Assembly (NCBI GenBank): GCA_016290765.1 | Contig: JAEEVE010000001.1 | Span: 1 to 49,900, forward strand | Direction: 5' to 3' | DNA from: Muribaculaceae bacterium | GTDB lineage: Bacteria > Bacteroidota > Bacteroidia > Bacteroidales > Muribaculaceae | Length of the DNA stretch: 49,900 nt | Part shown: positions 1-8,643 of the stretch, piece after piece | Position numbering within the stretch: the stretch's first letter is position 1 | Layout of the letters: every line of letters begins with the position of its first letter | Notes under the pieces: model-generated | Told to the model about the DNA's origin: nothing | The model's database searches: none | Seen by the model: only the letters and a program-made list of their open reading frames with translations | Translations under genes and position numbers: made by a program

Positions 1-909
1 GCCGAAGATATGGATGAGATTTACAACATCTATGTTGTGGATGACGACCACCGTCTGAAAGGCATCTTTCCCCTCAAAACCACCATTACCAACCCCAATG
101 CCAGCAAGATTCGCCACGTGATGGAGCCTGACCCCATCAGCGTGAAGACCGACACGCCCATCGACGACGTGGCGCTGGATTTTGAAAAATACGACCTCGT
201 GGCAATGCCCGTTGTCGACAGCATAGGCCGCCTGGTGGGCCGCATCACCGTTGATGACATCATTGACCAGGTGCGCGAACAAAGCGAGCGTGACTACCAA
301 TTGGCTTCGGGTATCTCGGCCGATGTCGAGACCGACGATAACATCTTCACACAAGTCAAGGCGCGCCTGCCGTGGCTACTCATTGGCCTGGCGGGTGGTA
401 TTGCCAACGCTTTTATCCTGGATGGCGGTGGCAGCACTGAGACCGACCTGCTGCAAATCTTGCCAGGCATGGCGCTGTTCATCCCTCTCATTGGCGGCAC
501 AGGTGGTAATGTTGGCACTCAGTCGAGTGCAATTGTGGTGCAGGGTCTCGCCAATGGTAGCTTAGATATCCACCATGCGGGCAAGCACCTGTTCAAGGAA
601 CTGGGTGTAGCCCTGCTCAATGCTCTGATTATTTCAGCATGCCTTTTTGTCTACAACTGGTTCTTCCCTGCCGATGACGATGCCGTCAAGGCCCAGGTGA
701 CCACCATGGCTGTGACGTTGTCGCTATTTGGTGTCATTCTGTTTGCCTCGGTATTCGGCTCACTGGTCCCGCTAGTACTCGAAAAGCTAAAGATTGATCC
801 TGCCATCGCCACCGGCCCATTCGTGACGGTGACCAACGACATTGTAGGCATGATCATCTATATGTCGATCAGCACTTGGCTTATCACCACTTTTACTAGC
901 CTGCTTTGA
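1..909 (+). CDS. mgtE: Magnesium transporter MgtE (5' end outside window)
   Basis: CBS pair (IYVVDDDHRLKG, MPVVDSIGRLVGRITVDD) followed by the MgtE membrane domain (ARLPWL, GGNVGTQ, DPAIATGPFVTVTNDIVG); frame is open to the window edge. Confidence 0.93.
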   Translation, partial: AEDMDEIYNIYVVDDDHRLKGIFPLKTTITNPNASKIRHVMEPDPISVKTDTPIDDVALDFEKYDLVAMPVVDSIGRLVGRITVDDIIDQVREQSERDYQLASGISADVETDDNIFTQVKARLPWLLIGLAGGIANAFILDGGGSTETDLLQILPGMALFIPLIGGTGGNVGTQSSAIVVQGLANGSLDIHHAGKHLFKELGVALLNALIISACLFVYNWFFPADDDAVKAQVTTMAVTLSLFGVILFASVFGSLVPLVLEKLKIDPAIATGPFVTVTNDIVGMIIYMSISTWLITTFTSLL

Positions 910-1008
910 CGAAGATAGTTATGGCATCCCATAACTGAATATCGCTCCAGCGACTGACGGCAATTATCGGATTGTGGCACTGGCAAATAACTGTAAAAAC
1001 AAGGATAT

Positions 1009-2235
1009 ATGAACAAAGTCATTATTATTGGTTGCGGTGGTGTCGGCACCGTGTGTGCGCACAAGTGCGCCCAAAACCCCGACGTGTTCAACGAAATTGT
1101 GATTGCCTCGCGCAACCGCGCCAAGTGCGACGCAGTAGCACGAGCCATTGGCGCCCCTAATATCACCACCGACCAGGTGGACGCCGATGAGGTTGACCAG
1201 CTGGTGGCCCTGTTTAACCGTCACAAGCCCAACCTAGTTATAAACTTGGCACTTCCTTACCAAGACCTGACCATCATGGAGGCTTGCCTACAGTGTGGCG
1301 TGAACTATCTTGACACAGCCAACTATGAACCTCGCGACGAGGCTCACTTTGAATACAGTTGGCAATGGGCCTACCGCGAGCGATTTGAAAAGGCTGGTCT
1401 GACCGCCATCCTGGGCTGCGGTTTCGATCCAGGTGTGACTAGCATCTATACCGCCTATGCCGCCAAGCATCACTTCAAGGAAATCCACTACCTCGACATT
1501 GTCGACTGCAATGCCGGTGACCACCACAAAGCATTTGCCACCAACTTCAACCCCGAAATCAACATCCGCGAGATCACGCAGAAAGGTCTGTACTGGGAAG
1601 ACGGCAAGTGGGTGGAGACCGAGCCGCTCGAGTTTCACAAGGACTTGACTTATCCCAACATCGGCCCTCGTGACAGCTATCTGTTGCACCATGAGGAAAT
1701 CGAGTCGCTAGTTATCAATTATCCGACCATCAAGCGTGCCCGCTTCTGGATGACTTTCGGCCAGCAATATCTGAAACACTTGGAGGTAATCCAGAACATC
1801 GGCATGAGCCGCATCGATGAGGTTGAGTATGAGGCTCCACTAGCTGACGGCACAGGCAATGTTCGCGTAAAGATTGTACCGCTGCAGTTCCTCAAGGCTG
1901 TACTTCCCAATCCACAAGACCTGGGTGAGAACTACGAGGGCGAGACATCTATTGGATGCCGCATTCGTGGTATCGGGCATGATGGACAGGAGCACACCTA
2001 TTACATATACAACAACTGCTCGCATCGTGCCGCCTACGAGGAGACGGGAATGCAAGCAGTGAGCTATACGACTGGTGTGCCCGCCATGACGGGCGCTATG
2101 ATGTTCTTGAAGGGCCTGTGGGCAATGCCCGGTGTGCACAATATCGAGGAGTTTGACCCCGATCCATTCCTCGCCGAGGTTGCCAAGCAAGGTCTGCCCT
2201 GGCACGAGTTGCACGACATCGACCTAGAGCTATAA
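1009..2235 (+). CDS. Saccharopine dehydrogenase family protein, probably carboxy(nor)spermidine dehydrogenase
   Basis: Rossmann GCGGVG; NLALPYQDLTIMEACL, YLDTANYEP, GCGFDPG, FATNFNPEINIRE and QAVSYTTGVPA are typical of CASDH/CANSDH. Confidence 0.88.
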   Translation: MNKVIIIGCGGVGTVCAHKCAQNPDVFNEIVIASRNRAKCDAVARAIGAPNITTDQVDADEVDQLVALFNRHKPNLVINLALPYQDLTIMEACLQCGVNYLDTANYEPRDEAHFEYSWQWAYRERFEKAGLTAILGCGFDPGVTSIYTAYAAKHHFKEIHYLDIVDCNAGDHHKAFATNFNPEINIREITQKGLYWEDGKWVETEPLEFHKDLTYPNIGPRDSYLLHHEEIESLVINYPTIKRARFWMTFGQQYLKHLEVIQNIGMSRIDEVEYEAPLADGTGNVRVKIVPLQFLKAVLPNPQDLGENYEGETSIGCRIRGIGHDGQEHTYYIYNNCSHRAAYEETGMQAVSYTTGVPAMTGAMMFLKGLWAMPGVHNIEEFDPDPFLAEVAKQGLPWHELHDIDLEL

Positions 2236-2240
2236 GAGTC

Positions 2241-2271
2241 CCTCAGCCTCCTTTCTTAAAAGGGGCTGGGG
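2241..2271. terminator. Imperfect hairpin between convergent genes, possible bidirectional terminator
   Basis: CCTCAGCCTCCTTT...AAAGGGGCTGGGG between stops at 2235 (+) and 2279 (-); no strong U-tract. Confidence 0.45.
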
Positions 2272-2278
2272 CACTATC

Positions 2279-2746
2279 CTAGAATTCCTTGAAGCACAGG
2301 GGTAGGGTAGAGGCAATGCTCTCCAAGCGATAGACCTTGTCGCGGCCGGCCAGCAGAATCTCGATAGGGTGTGGGGCATTCTTCTCAAACTCCAGGATGG
2401 CCTGGCGGCATACGCCACATGGCGCTACTGGTTCGGCAACAATTTCTCCATCCTGGGCGGCAGTAATCGCTAACTTCTTGACAGGTACTCCTGGATACTG
2501 TGCTCCAGCGGCATAGATTGCGCTGCGCTCGCCACAGATACCTGCAAATGCGGCATTTTCCTGGTTTGCGCCTATAAAATACTCGCCGTTGTCAAGTAGC
2601 AAGGCGGCACCTACATGATAGTTGCTATAGGGTGCATAGGAAGCCTTAGTTGCCTCACACGCCATTTCGACCAGTCTACGGTCTTCCTCGTTGAGCTCGT
2701 CGTAGGCGAAAACTTGTATCTTGGTCGTGATATTCTTCTCGATCAT
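2279..2746 (-). CDS. cdd: Cytidine deaminase
   Basis: YAPYSNYHVGAA, GANQENA, CGERSA and PCGVCRQ zinc motifs. Confidence 0.93.
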   Translation of the reverse strand: MIEKNITTKIQVFAYDELNEEDRRLVEMACEATKASYAPYSNYHVGAALLLDNGEYFIGANQENAAFAGICGERSAIYAAGAQYPGVPVKKLAITAAQDGEIVAEPVAPCGVCRQAILEFEKNAPHPIEILLAGRDKVYRLESIASTLPLCFKEF

Positions 2747-2766
2747 GATCGTTCATTTAGAAAACT

Positions 2767-3549
2767 ATGCGCAAAAATAGTTATTATTTCTCAAACTGCA
2801 AACAAAAAGCGACAATTTGCTTGATTTTGTCGCTTTTTGTGGCTGTTTTTGCCCACAGTCAGGGCATGAATGCGCGTTATCTGGAGTATATCGATCGCTA
2901 CAAGGCTATTGCTCTGGAACACCAGCGCGAATTTGGTGTACCAGCATGCATCACCTTGGCGCAGGGCTTGCTAGAGAGCAATGCCGGACAGAGCTATCTT
3001 GCTCGTCGTGGCAATAACCACTTTGGCATCAAATGCTACAGTTGGAAGGGTCCTGTTGTAGAATATGATGACACGCTGAAGCACAATTGCTACCGCAACT
3101 ACGGTAGCGCCGAGGACTCGTTTCTCGATCATGCCAAGTTCTTGCGTGGAAAGCGCTACAGCCCTCTCTATGACTTAGAATTGACCGATTACCAAGGATG
3201 GGCCCAAGGGCTTCGCGACTGTGGCTATGCCGAAGACCCCGCCTATCCCCAGAAACTGGTGAGAATCATCGAACAATATGAACTATACACACTGGCTGAG
3301 GAAACAGTCGCTGCCAACTTGAAGCATGATGGCGATGTGCCGCCTCCCAAACGTAAGAAAACAAAAGAGAAAACCGAGGTTCCGCCCCCGCCCAAGCGTG
3401 ATCATTCGGCGCGCGTGGCGAACGCCTTCAACCACTCGATGACCGAACACCAGCCATCGCGTGCCGAAGTTGACCATCAGGTGGCCCGCAATCGTCCAGC
3501 CGCCACTCGACGCGCCACAACCACAAACGCTAGTAGCGACAATGACTAA
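2767..3549 (+). CDS. GH73 glucosaminidase (peptidoglycan hydrolase) with signal peptide and low-complexity C-terminal tail
   Basis: GVPACITLAQGLLES, NNHFGIKC, GYAEDPAYPQKL; exact start uncertain. Confidence 0.88.
   Translation: MRKNSYYFSNCKQKATICLILSLFVAVFAHSQGMNARYLEYIDRYKAIALEHQREFGVPACITLAQGLLESNAGQSYLARRGNNHFGIKCYSWKGPVVEYDDTLKHNCYRNYGSAEDSFLDHAKFLRGKRYSPLYDLELTDYQGWAQGLRDCGYAEDPAYPQKLVRIIEQYELYTLAEETVAANLKHDGDVPPPKRKKTKEKTEVPPPPKRDHSARVANAFNHSMTEHQPSRAEVDHQVARNRPAATRRATTTNASSDND
2772..2802 (-). promoter_or_regulatory. Bacteroidetes housekeeping promoter for cdd
   Basis: Minus strand TTTG (2802-2799), 19 nt spacer, TATTTTTG (2779-2772), matching TTTG-N19-21-TAnnTTTG. Confidence 0.6.
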
Positions 3550-3608
3550 ATTGAACGAGCTATGTGTTATTGAACACCTGTATGAAAATGTTAAAAACAT
3601 AGCAATGT

Positions 3609-3640
3609 TTTGATAAATTCAGAATAATTGCTTACCTTTA
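3609..3640 (+). promoter_or_regulatory. Probable promoter for nfeD-SPFH
   Basis: TTTG 3609-3612, 20 nt spacer, TACCTTTA 3633-3640 (one mismatch to consensus). Confidence 0.5.
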
Positions 3641-3666
3641 CAAATTCAAATCAAAAGTTGTTGCAT

Positions 3667-4119
3667 ATGATAGAATATTTCTCTCAAAATCTGTGGCAGG
3701 TGTGGGCCATCATCGCTGTGGTATGCCTAATCCTGGAGTTGTTTTCGGGTGATTTCTTCATTCTGTGTTTCTCTATTGGCGCTGCTGTGTCGTTGCTTGC
3801 CGCATTGTGCGGAGCCTCGCTAACAGCACAAATCATCCTGTTTTCCGTAGCATCGGTGCTGAGTGTGTTGTTCGTTCGACCCATTGCACTAAAGTACTTC
3901 CACCGCAACGACCCTGAGCGTGCCAGCAATGCCGACGCACTGATAGGACGAGAGGGAGTTGTGAGCATGACCATTGAAGCAGGCGGCCATGGCCGTGTTG
4001 CTATTGACGGCGATGACTGGAAAGCAGTCTCGGCCGACGGAAATGCCATCAGCAAGGGCACTACTGTACGGGTCGTCAACCTCGATAGCATCATCCTCAC
4101 CGTCGAGACGATATCTTAA
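3667..4119 (+). CDS. NfeD family protein (short form, OB fold)
   Basis: N-terminal TM helices, LIGREGVV and GRVAIDGDDWKAVS; directly upstream of an SPFH gene; ATG at 3667 preferred over TTG at 3628. Confidence 0.9.
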   Translation: MIEYFSQNLWQVWAIIAVVCLILELFSGDFFILCFSIGAAVSLLAALCGASLTAQIILFSVASVLSVLFVRPIALKYFHRNDPERASNADALIGREGVVSMTIEAGGHGRVAIDGDDWKAVSADGNAISKGTTVRVVNLDSIILTVETIS

Positions 4120-4143
4120 ATTTTTAACCCTCATACAAAAAAG

Positions 4144-5097
4144 ATGACTCCATTTTCTATTTTCCTAACGGTGATTGTCGTGCTGGCTCTCGTGCTTGTC
4201 AAGATGAGCCTTGTCATCATCCCGCAGAGCGAGACCAAGATTATTGAGCGCCTTGGCAAGTACCACGCCACGCTCAAACCTGGTATCAACATCATCATCC
4301 CATTTATCGACCGAGCCAAACCCATTGTCACTCTTACTGGCGGGCGATATGTATACACCAGCGCTATCGATCTGCGAGAACAAGTCTACGACTTCGACAA
4401 GCAGAACGTGATTACCAAGGATAACATCTTGATGCAAATCAATGCGTTGCTCTACTTTCAGATTGTCGACCCATTCAAGGCTGTGTATGAGATCAACAAC
4501 CTGCCCAACGCCATCGAGAAATTGACCCAGACCACCTTGCGTAACATCATCGGCGAGCTTGAGCTTGACGAGACACTTACCTCTCGCGACACCATCAACA
4601 GCAAGTTGCGTGCCGTTCTTGACGATGCCACCAACAAGTGGGGTATCAAGGTAAACCGCGTCGAGTTGCAGGACATCACACCACCGCAGAGTGTGCTTCA
4701 GGCCATGGAAAAGCAGATGCAAGCCGAGCGCAACAAGCGCGCCACCATCCTCACTAGCGAGGGTCAGAAGGCTGCCGCCATCTTGCAGAGCGAGGGCCAG
4801 AAGACTGCCCGCATTAACCAAGCCGAGGCCGACAAGCAGACCGAGATTTTGCGTGCTGAAGGTGATGCCCAAGCTCGCATACGCCGTGCCGAAGCCGAGG
4901 CAATCGCCATCGACAAGGTTACCGAGGCTGTTGGCAAGAGCGCTAACCCCGCTCACTATCTGATAGCACAGAAGTACATTGGCATGCTCGAGGAAGTCGC
5001 CAGTGGCGACAAGACCAAGACGGTGTATCTGCCTTACGAGGCCACAAACCTCATGGGCTCGATTGGCGGAATCAAGGACTTGTTTAAGGGCGATTAG
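4144..5097 (+). CDS. SPFH/band-7 (paraslipin/QmcA-like) membrane protein
   Basis: IIERLGKY, VITKDN, TTLRNIIGELELDETL, WGIKVNRVELQDITPP, QMQAERNKRA. Confidence 0.93.
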   Translation: MTPFSIFLTVIVVLALVLVKMSLVIIPQSETKIIERLGKYHATLKPGINIIIPFIDRAKPIVTLTGGRYVYTSAIDLREQVYDFDKQNVITKDNILMQINALLYFQIVDPFKAVYEINNLPNAIEKLTQTTLRNIIGELELDETLTSRDTINSKLRAVLDDATNKWGIKVNRVELQDITPPQSVLQAMEKQMQAERNKRATILTSEGQKAAAILQSEGQKTARINQAEADKQTEILRAEGDAQARIRRAEAEAIAIDKVTEAVGKSANPAHYLIAQKYIGMLEEVASGDKTKTVYLPYEATNLMGSIGGIKDLFKGD

Positions 5098-5139
5098 ACT
5101 GATAATTAGCTATTTGACTATATTACCCATTACCTGACA

Positions 5140-6822
5140 ATTAAAAAGTTACTGGTCATATGTCTCATGGCAGTTAACTGCCTGCTGGCGCAGGCACAAC
5201 TGCAACTCAACGGCAAGGACATCATCCGTGATAACCGTGCTGGGCAATGGCTTTGCACCATTCCCGACAGCGTCTTCGGCACCGATTATGAGGCTCGAGT
5301 AACCGTGTTGCCAGAAAGTGGATGGACCGATGTCATGGTCGATGGCGTGCCGGTCGACGATGGTCAGAGCATTTGGTTTGCTCCAGTCGACGGTGTCAAG
5401 CCCCACACTATTTCTGCCCAGGTGGGTGACTCGACCGTGAGTGGCACTCTGCTCTTCTCATGTCTGCCACTTCTTGAGGTAGATGCCGTGATCAGCAAGG
5501 ACTATCAGCCTGCCAGATTCCGTCTTCACCACCCTGACAGCATCACCCCGATGGAACTTCAAGGCCGGTTTAAGTTAAGGGGGCAAACAACCATGATGGC
5601 CGGGCGACACAAGCACAACTTTCACATCAAACTGGAAGACGAGCTTGGCGAGAAACTAAACAAGAAGTTGCTGGGTATGCGCGATGACAACAGCTGGCTC
5701 CTCGATGCTGGCCAGACCGACCTGAGCCGTATCCGCAACCATGTGGCACATGAGTTGTGGCTCGACATGGCTACCAAGCCCTACTATGCTGATCGTGAGC
5801 CCAAAGCTCGTACTGCTTGCCGTGGAGAACTCATAGAGGTGCTGATTAACGGCAATTATGAAGGTATCTACACCCTGATGGAAGCAATGGACCGGAAACA
5901 GCTCAAGTTGGCAAAGTATGAGACCGACACTGCCGCAGTCACCACCCTGCACGGACAATTGTGGAAAGCTGTAGACTATACTGGTGGTACGACATTCACA
6001 TCAGTGAAGGAGTATGATAACAACAGTGAGACATGGTTTGGTTTCGAAACCAAGTACCCCGAACTCGACGAAGTTTCTCCTACCGACTACTCGTTGCTCT
6101 ATAATTCAATTGTATTTGCCTACTCCTCTTATGACAACCTATGGCGTCGCAAGGCAAAAGACTACTTTGACATACCAGTCATACGCGACTACTACATCTT
6201 GCTGCAGGTACTGCTTGCCATTGACAATGGAAACAAGAACATCTATTGGGCAGTCTACGACAAGCAGGTTGACACCAAACTTACACTTGCTGTCTGGGAC
6301 TTGGACTGCACCGTGGGGCAAGATTGGACCAACGACCCGTTCCGTCTTGAGAGTCGAGTTGGTCCCGAACGCAAGTTTGGTATCGGCAATAATGTGTTGG
6401 GACGCTTAAACCTGCTCATTGAGGGCTTTCACGAAGATATGGTGGCCCGCTACCAGGAGTTGAGAAAAGGCGTGTTGCATGCCGATTCAATCACACAGAG
6501 ATACCTGAGCCACATCGACTGCCTGATTCATGCTGGAGCAGCAGCACGTGAATGCACGCGGTGGGACGGCGATGATGACCTGGGCGGGCACATACTGGAC
6601 TGGGAAGCCGAGAAGGCGTATATTGCCGACTGGCTGCAGCGCCGCCTGCATTACCTTGATGTAAACACTTTTGCATCAGCCGCCATCGACGATATCGCCG
6701 CCGACGAGCCAACTGTCGTTCCCAGTGGCACTTACAACTTGCTGGGCCAGCGCATGCCCGATGACCGTCCCTTGCCGCCAGGCTTCTATGTGCGTAACGG
6801 GAAGAAAATGATTAAAAACTAA
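5140..6822 (+). CDS. CotH kinase family secreted protein 1 with T9SS CTD-like tail
   Basis: RGQTT..KHNFHIK, IRN, E-MDRKQ, DN-NKNIYW, WDLD; ends TYNLLGQR..LPPGFYVRNGKKMIKN; start is ATG 5167 or in-frame ATT 5140, which restores a full signal peptide. Confidence 0.85.
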   Translation: MKKLLVICLMAVNCLLAQAQLQLNGKDIIRDNRAGQWLCTIPDSVFGTDYEARVTVLPESGWTDVMVDGVPVDDGQSIWFAPVDGVKPHTISAQVGDSTVSGTLLFSCLPLLEVDAVISKDYQPARFRLHHPDSITPMELQGRFKLRGQTTMMAGRHKHNFHIKLEDELGEKLNKKLLGMRDDNSWLLDAGQTDLSRIRNHVAHELWLDMATKPYYADREPKARTACRGELIEVLINGNYEGIYTLMEAMDRKQLKLAKYETDTAAVTTLHGQLWKAVDYTGGTTFTSVKEYDNNSETWFGFETKYPELDEVSPTDYSLLYNSIVFAYSSYDNLWRRKAKDYFDIPVIRDYYILLQVLLAIDNGNKNIYWAVYDKQVDTKLTLAVWDLDCTVGQDWTNDPFRLESRVGPERKFGIGNNVLGRLNLLIEGFHEDMVARYQELRKGVLHADSITQRYLSHIDCLIHAGAAARECTRWDGDDDLGGHILDWEAEKAYIADWLQRRLHYLDVNTFASAAIDDIAADEPTVVPSGTYNLLGQRMPDDRPLPPGFYVRNGKKMIKN

Positions 6823-6858
6823 TTATACTAATCGCTTGGTTTTAATGTTATAACAATT

Positions 6859-8583
6859 ATGAGCCCGAAACATTTGATAGCCCTGCTGATCTTTATGACG
6901 GCGTTGTCGGCCCAGTCGCAGATAACGCTGGGCAGCCGCCGTGCTGTGCACGACAACCTCACGGGCAACTGGTTGTGCAGTGTGCCTGAGAGCACCTTTG
7001 GCACCGACTTCACCGCAACATTTAACACCAGTGAGCCGTGGAGCGATATCACCATCGATAACGAGCCTGTCGCACCTGGCAATAGCTTTACCTTCGCTCA
7101 GGTCGCCGGCGACAAGAAGTATGCACTGGTTGCTCACATTGGCGACAGTGTAACCATCACTGGAAATATCTGTTTTACTTTCCTGCCCATTTTTGAGTTC
7201 AACGGCACTTTCAATGATGAATACCAAGTTTCAGAGATTATCGCCAATTTGCCGCAAGACCAGGGCCCGACTACGATGCTCAGCAAACTCAAACACCGTG
7301 GCGGAAGTACCAATGGCCCTACACGCTTGAAACGAAACTACCACATCAAGTTCCTCGATGCCGACTCTCAGAAGATGGATCGCAAGTTCTTTGGACTGCG
7401 CAACGACAACAGTTGGATTCTTGACGCTGGGCAGATTGACATGCTGCGCATCCGCAACCGCGTGTGCACCGAGCTGTGGCTGGACTTGTGCCGCAAGCCC
7501 TACTATGCCGACGAGGAGCCCAAGGCGCTTCTCGGTGTTAGAGGAGATTTTATCGAGCTCTTCCTCAACGGGTCTTATAACGGCTTCTATGCCCTGACCG
7601 AGGCGATGGACCGCAAGCAAATGAAGCTGGCCAAAGTGGATACTGACACTGCCGGTGTCAATACTTTCCACGGCATGTTGTGGAAAGCCAAGGCGGTTGA
7701 TGGCATAGCGCGTATGACAAGTGCCTATGGATACAACAACAACTCAGCCACTTGGGGAGGACTGGAAGTGAAATACCCCGATCCCGACGATGTGATGCCC
7801 ACCAAGTGGAAGACTATGTTTGATGCGACCAAATTTGTTGCCAAGAGTGACAACACTACTTTCCGCCAGCAGGTGGGTGAATACTTCGACATCCCCATTA
7901 TCATGGACTACTGGATATTCATCAATGCCATCCATGGTGTAGACAGTGGCGTCAAAAACATCTATTGGGGTGTTTATGATGAGCAAGTAGACAAGAAAAT
8001 CACATTAGCTGCTTGGGACTTGGACTGCACCTTTGGCCAAAACTGGATTAATTATCCCTTGCATAACGAGGCTGTCGTTGGACCGAGAATCCCACTCAGC
8101 ACCATCAACAACCTGTTCCTTCGTCTTCATGAACTTAGCCCCGACAGTTTCTCGATCAAGACAGTCGAGCGCTACCAACTGCTCCGCCAGACCCTATTGA
8201 GCGAAGAGAGCTTGAAACAGCGCTTTCATGCTCGACTTGAGCCCCTGCGACTTGCAGGCGCACTGGATCGTGAAACGGTGCGTTGGACACGATCGACCGA
8301 CCTGTCAAGGCAACCACTTGACTTCCCCGCCGAGCTAGAGTATATTGACTCCTGGATTGATCAGCACATGACCTATCTTGACAACGCGAGGTTCCGACCC
8401 TACATCAAGGGTGATTCCAATCGTGATGGGGTTGTCGATGTTTCGGATTTAAACCAGATTGTGGTAGAGATTCTGAATGGAGTGCCACCGACGTGGTTTG
8501 AAGACATGAACAATGATGATGTCCTCGATGTGTCTGACCTCAATGCCATCGTCAACGTCATTTTGGGAAAAGTAGCCCGGTAA
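6859..8583 (+). CDS. CotH kinase family secreted protein 2 with C-terminal dockerin
   Basis: Signal peptide; RGGST..KRNYHIK, KNIYW, WDLD; dockerin repeats GDSNRDGVVDVSDLN and EDMNNDDVLDVSDLN. Confidence 0.88.
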   Translation: MSPKHLIALLIFMTALSAQSQITLGSRRAVHDNLTGNWLCSVPESTFGTDFTATFNTSEPWSDITIDNEPVAPGNSFTFAQVAGDKKYALVAHIGDSVTITGNICFTFLPIFEFNGTFNDEYQVSEIIANLPQDQGPTTMLSKLKHRGGSTNGPTRLKRNYHIKFLDADSQKMDRKFFGLRNDNSWILDAGQIDMLRIRNRVCTELWLDLCRKPYYADEEPKALLGVRGDFIELFLNGSYNGFYALTEAMDRKQMKLAKVDTDTAGVNTFHGMLWKAKAVDGIARMTSAYGYNNNSATWGGLEVKYPDPDDVMPTKWKTMFDATKFVAKSDNTTFRQQVGEYFDIPIIMDYWIFINAIHGVDSGVKNIYWGVYDEQVDKKITLAAWDLDCTFGQNWINYPLHNEAVVGPRIPLSTINNLFLRLHELSPDSFSIKTVERYQLLRQTLLSEESLKQRFHARLEPLRLAGALDRETVRWTRSTDLSRQPLDFPAELEYIDSWIDQHMTYLDNARFRPYIKGDSNRDGVVDVSDLNQIVVEILNGVPPTWFEDMNNDDVLDVSDLNAIVNVILGKVAR

Positions 8584-8643
8584 GAGAGCATCCCCTTCGG
8601 GCTCAATTGAAAAAACGTAACTCAGAATCTTAAATTATCTATT

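Noticed and set aside
1009-2235. Missing adjacent carboxyspermidine decarboxylase as an anomaly
   Set aside because: The two genes need not be linked, and the rest of the genome is not visible.
8573-8604. Weak hairpin between CotH copies 2 and 3
   Set aside because: Short stem and no U-tract, so not supportable as a terminator.
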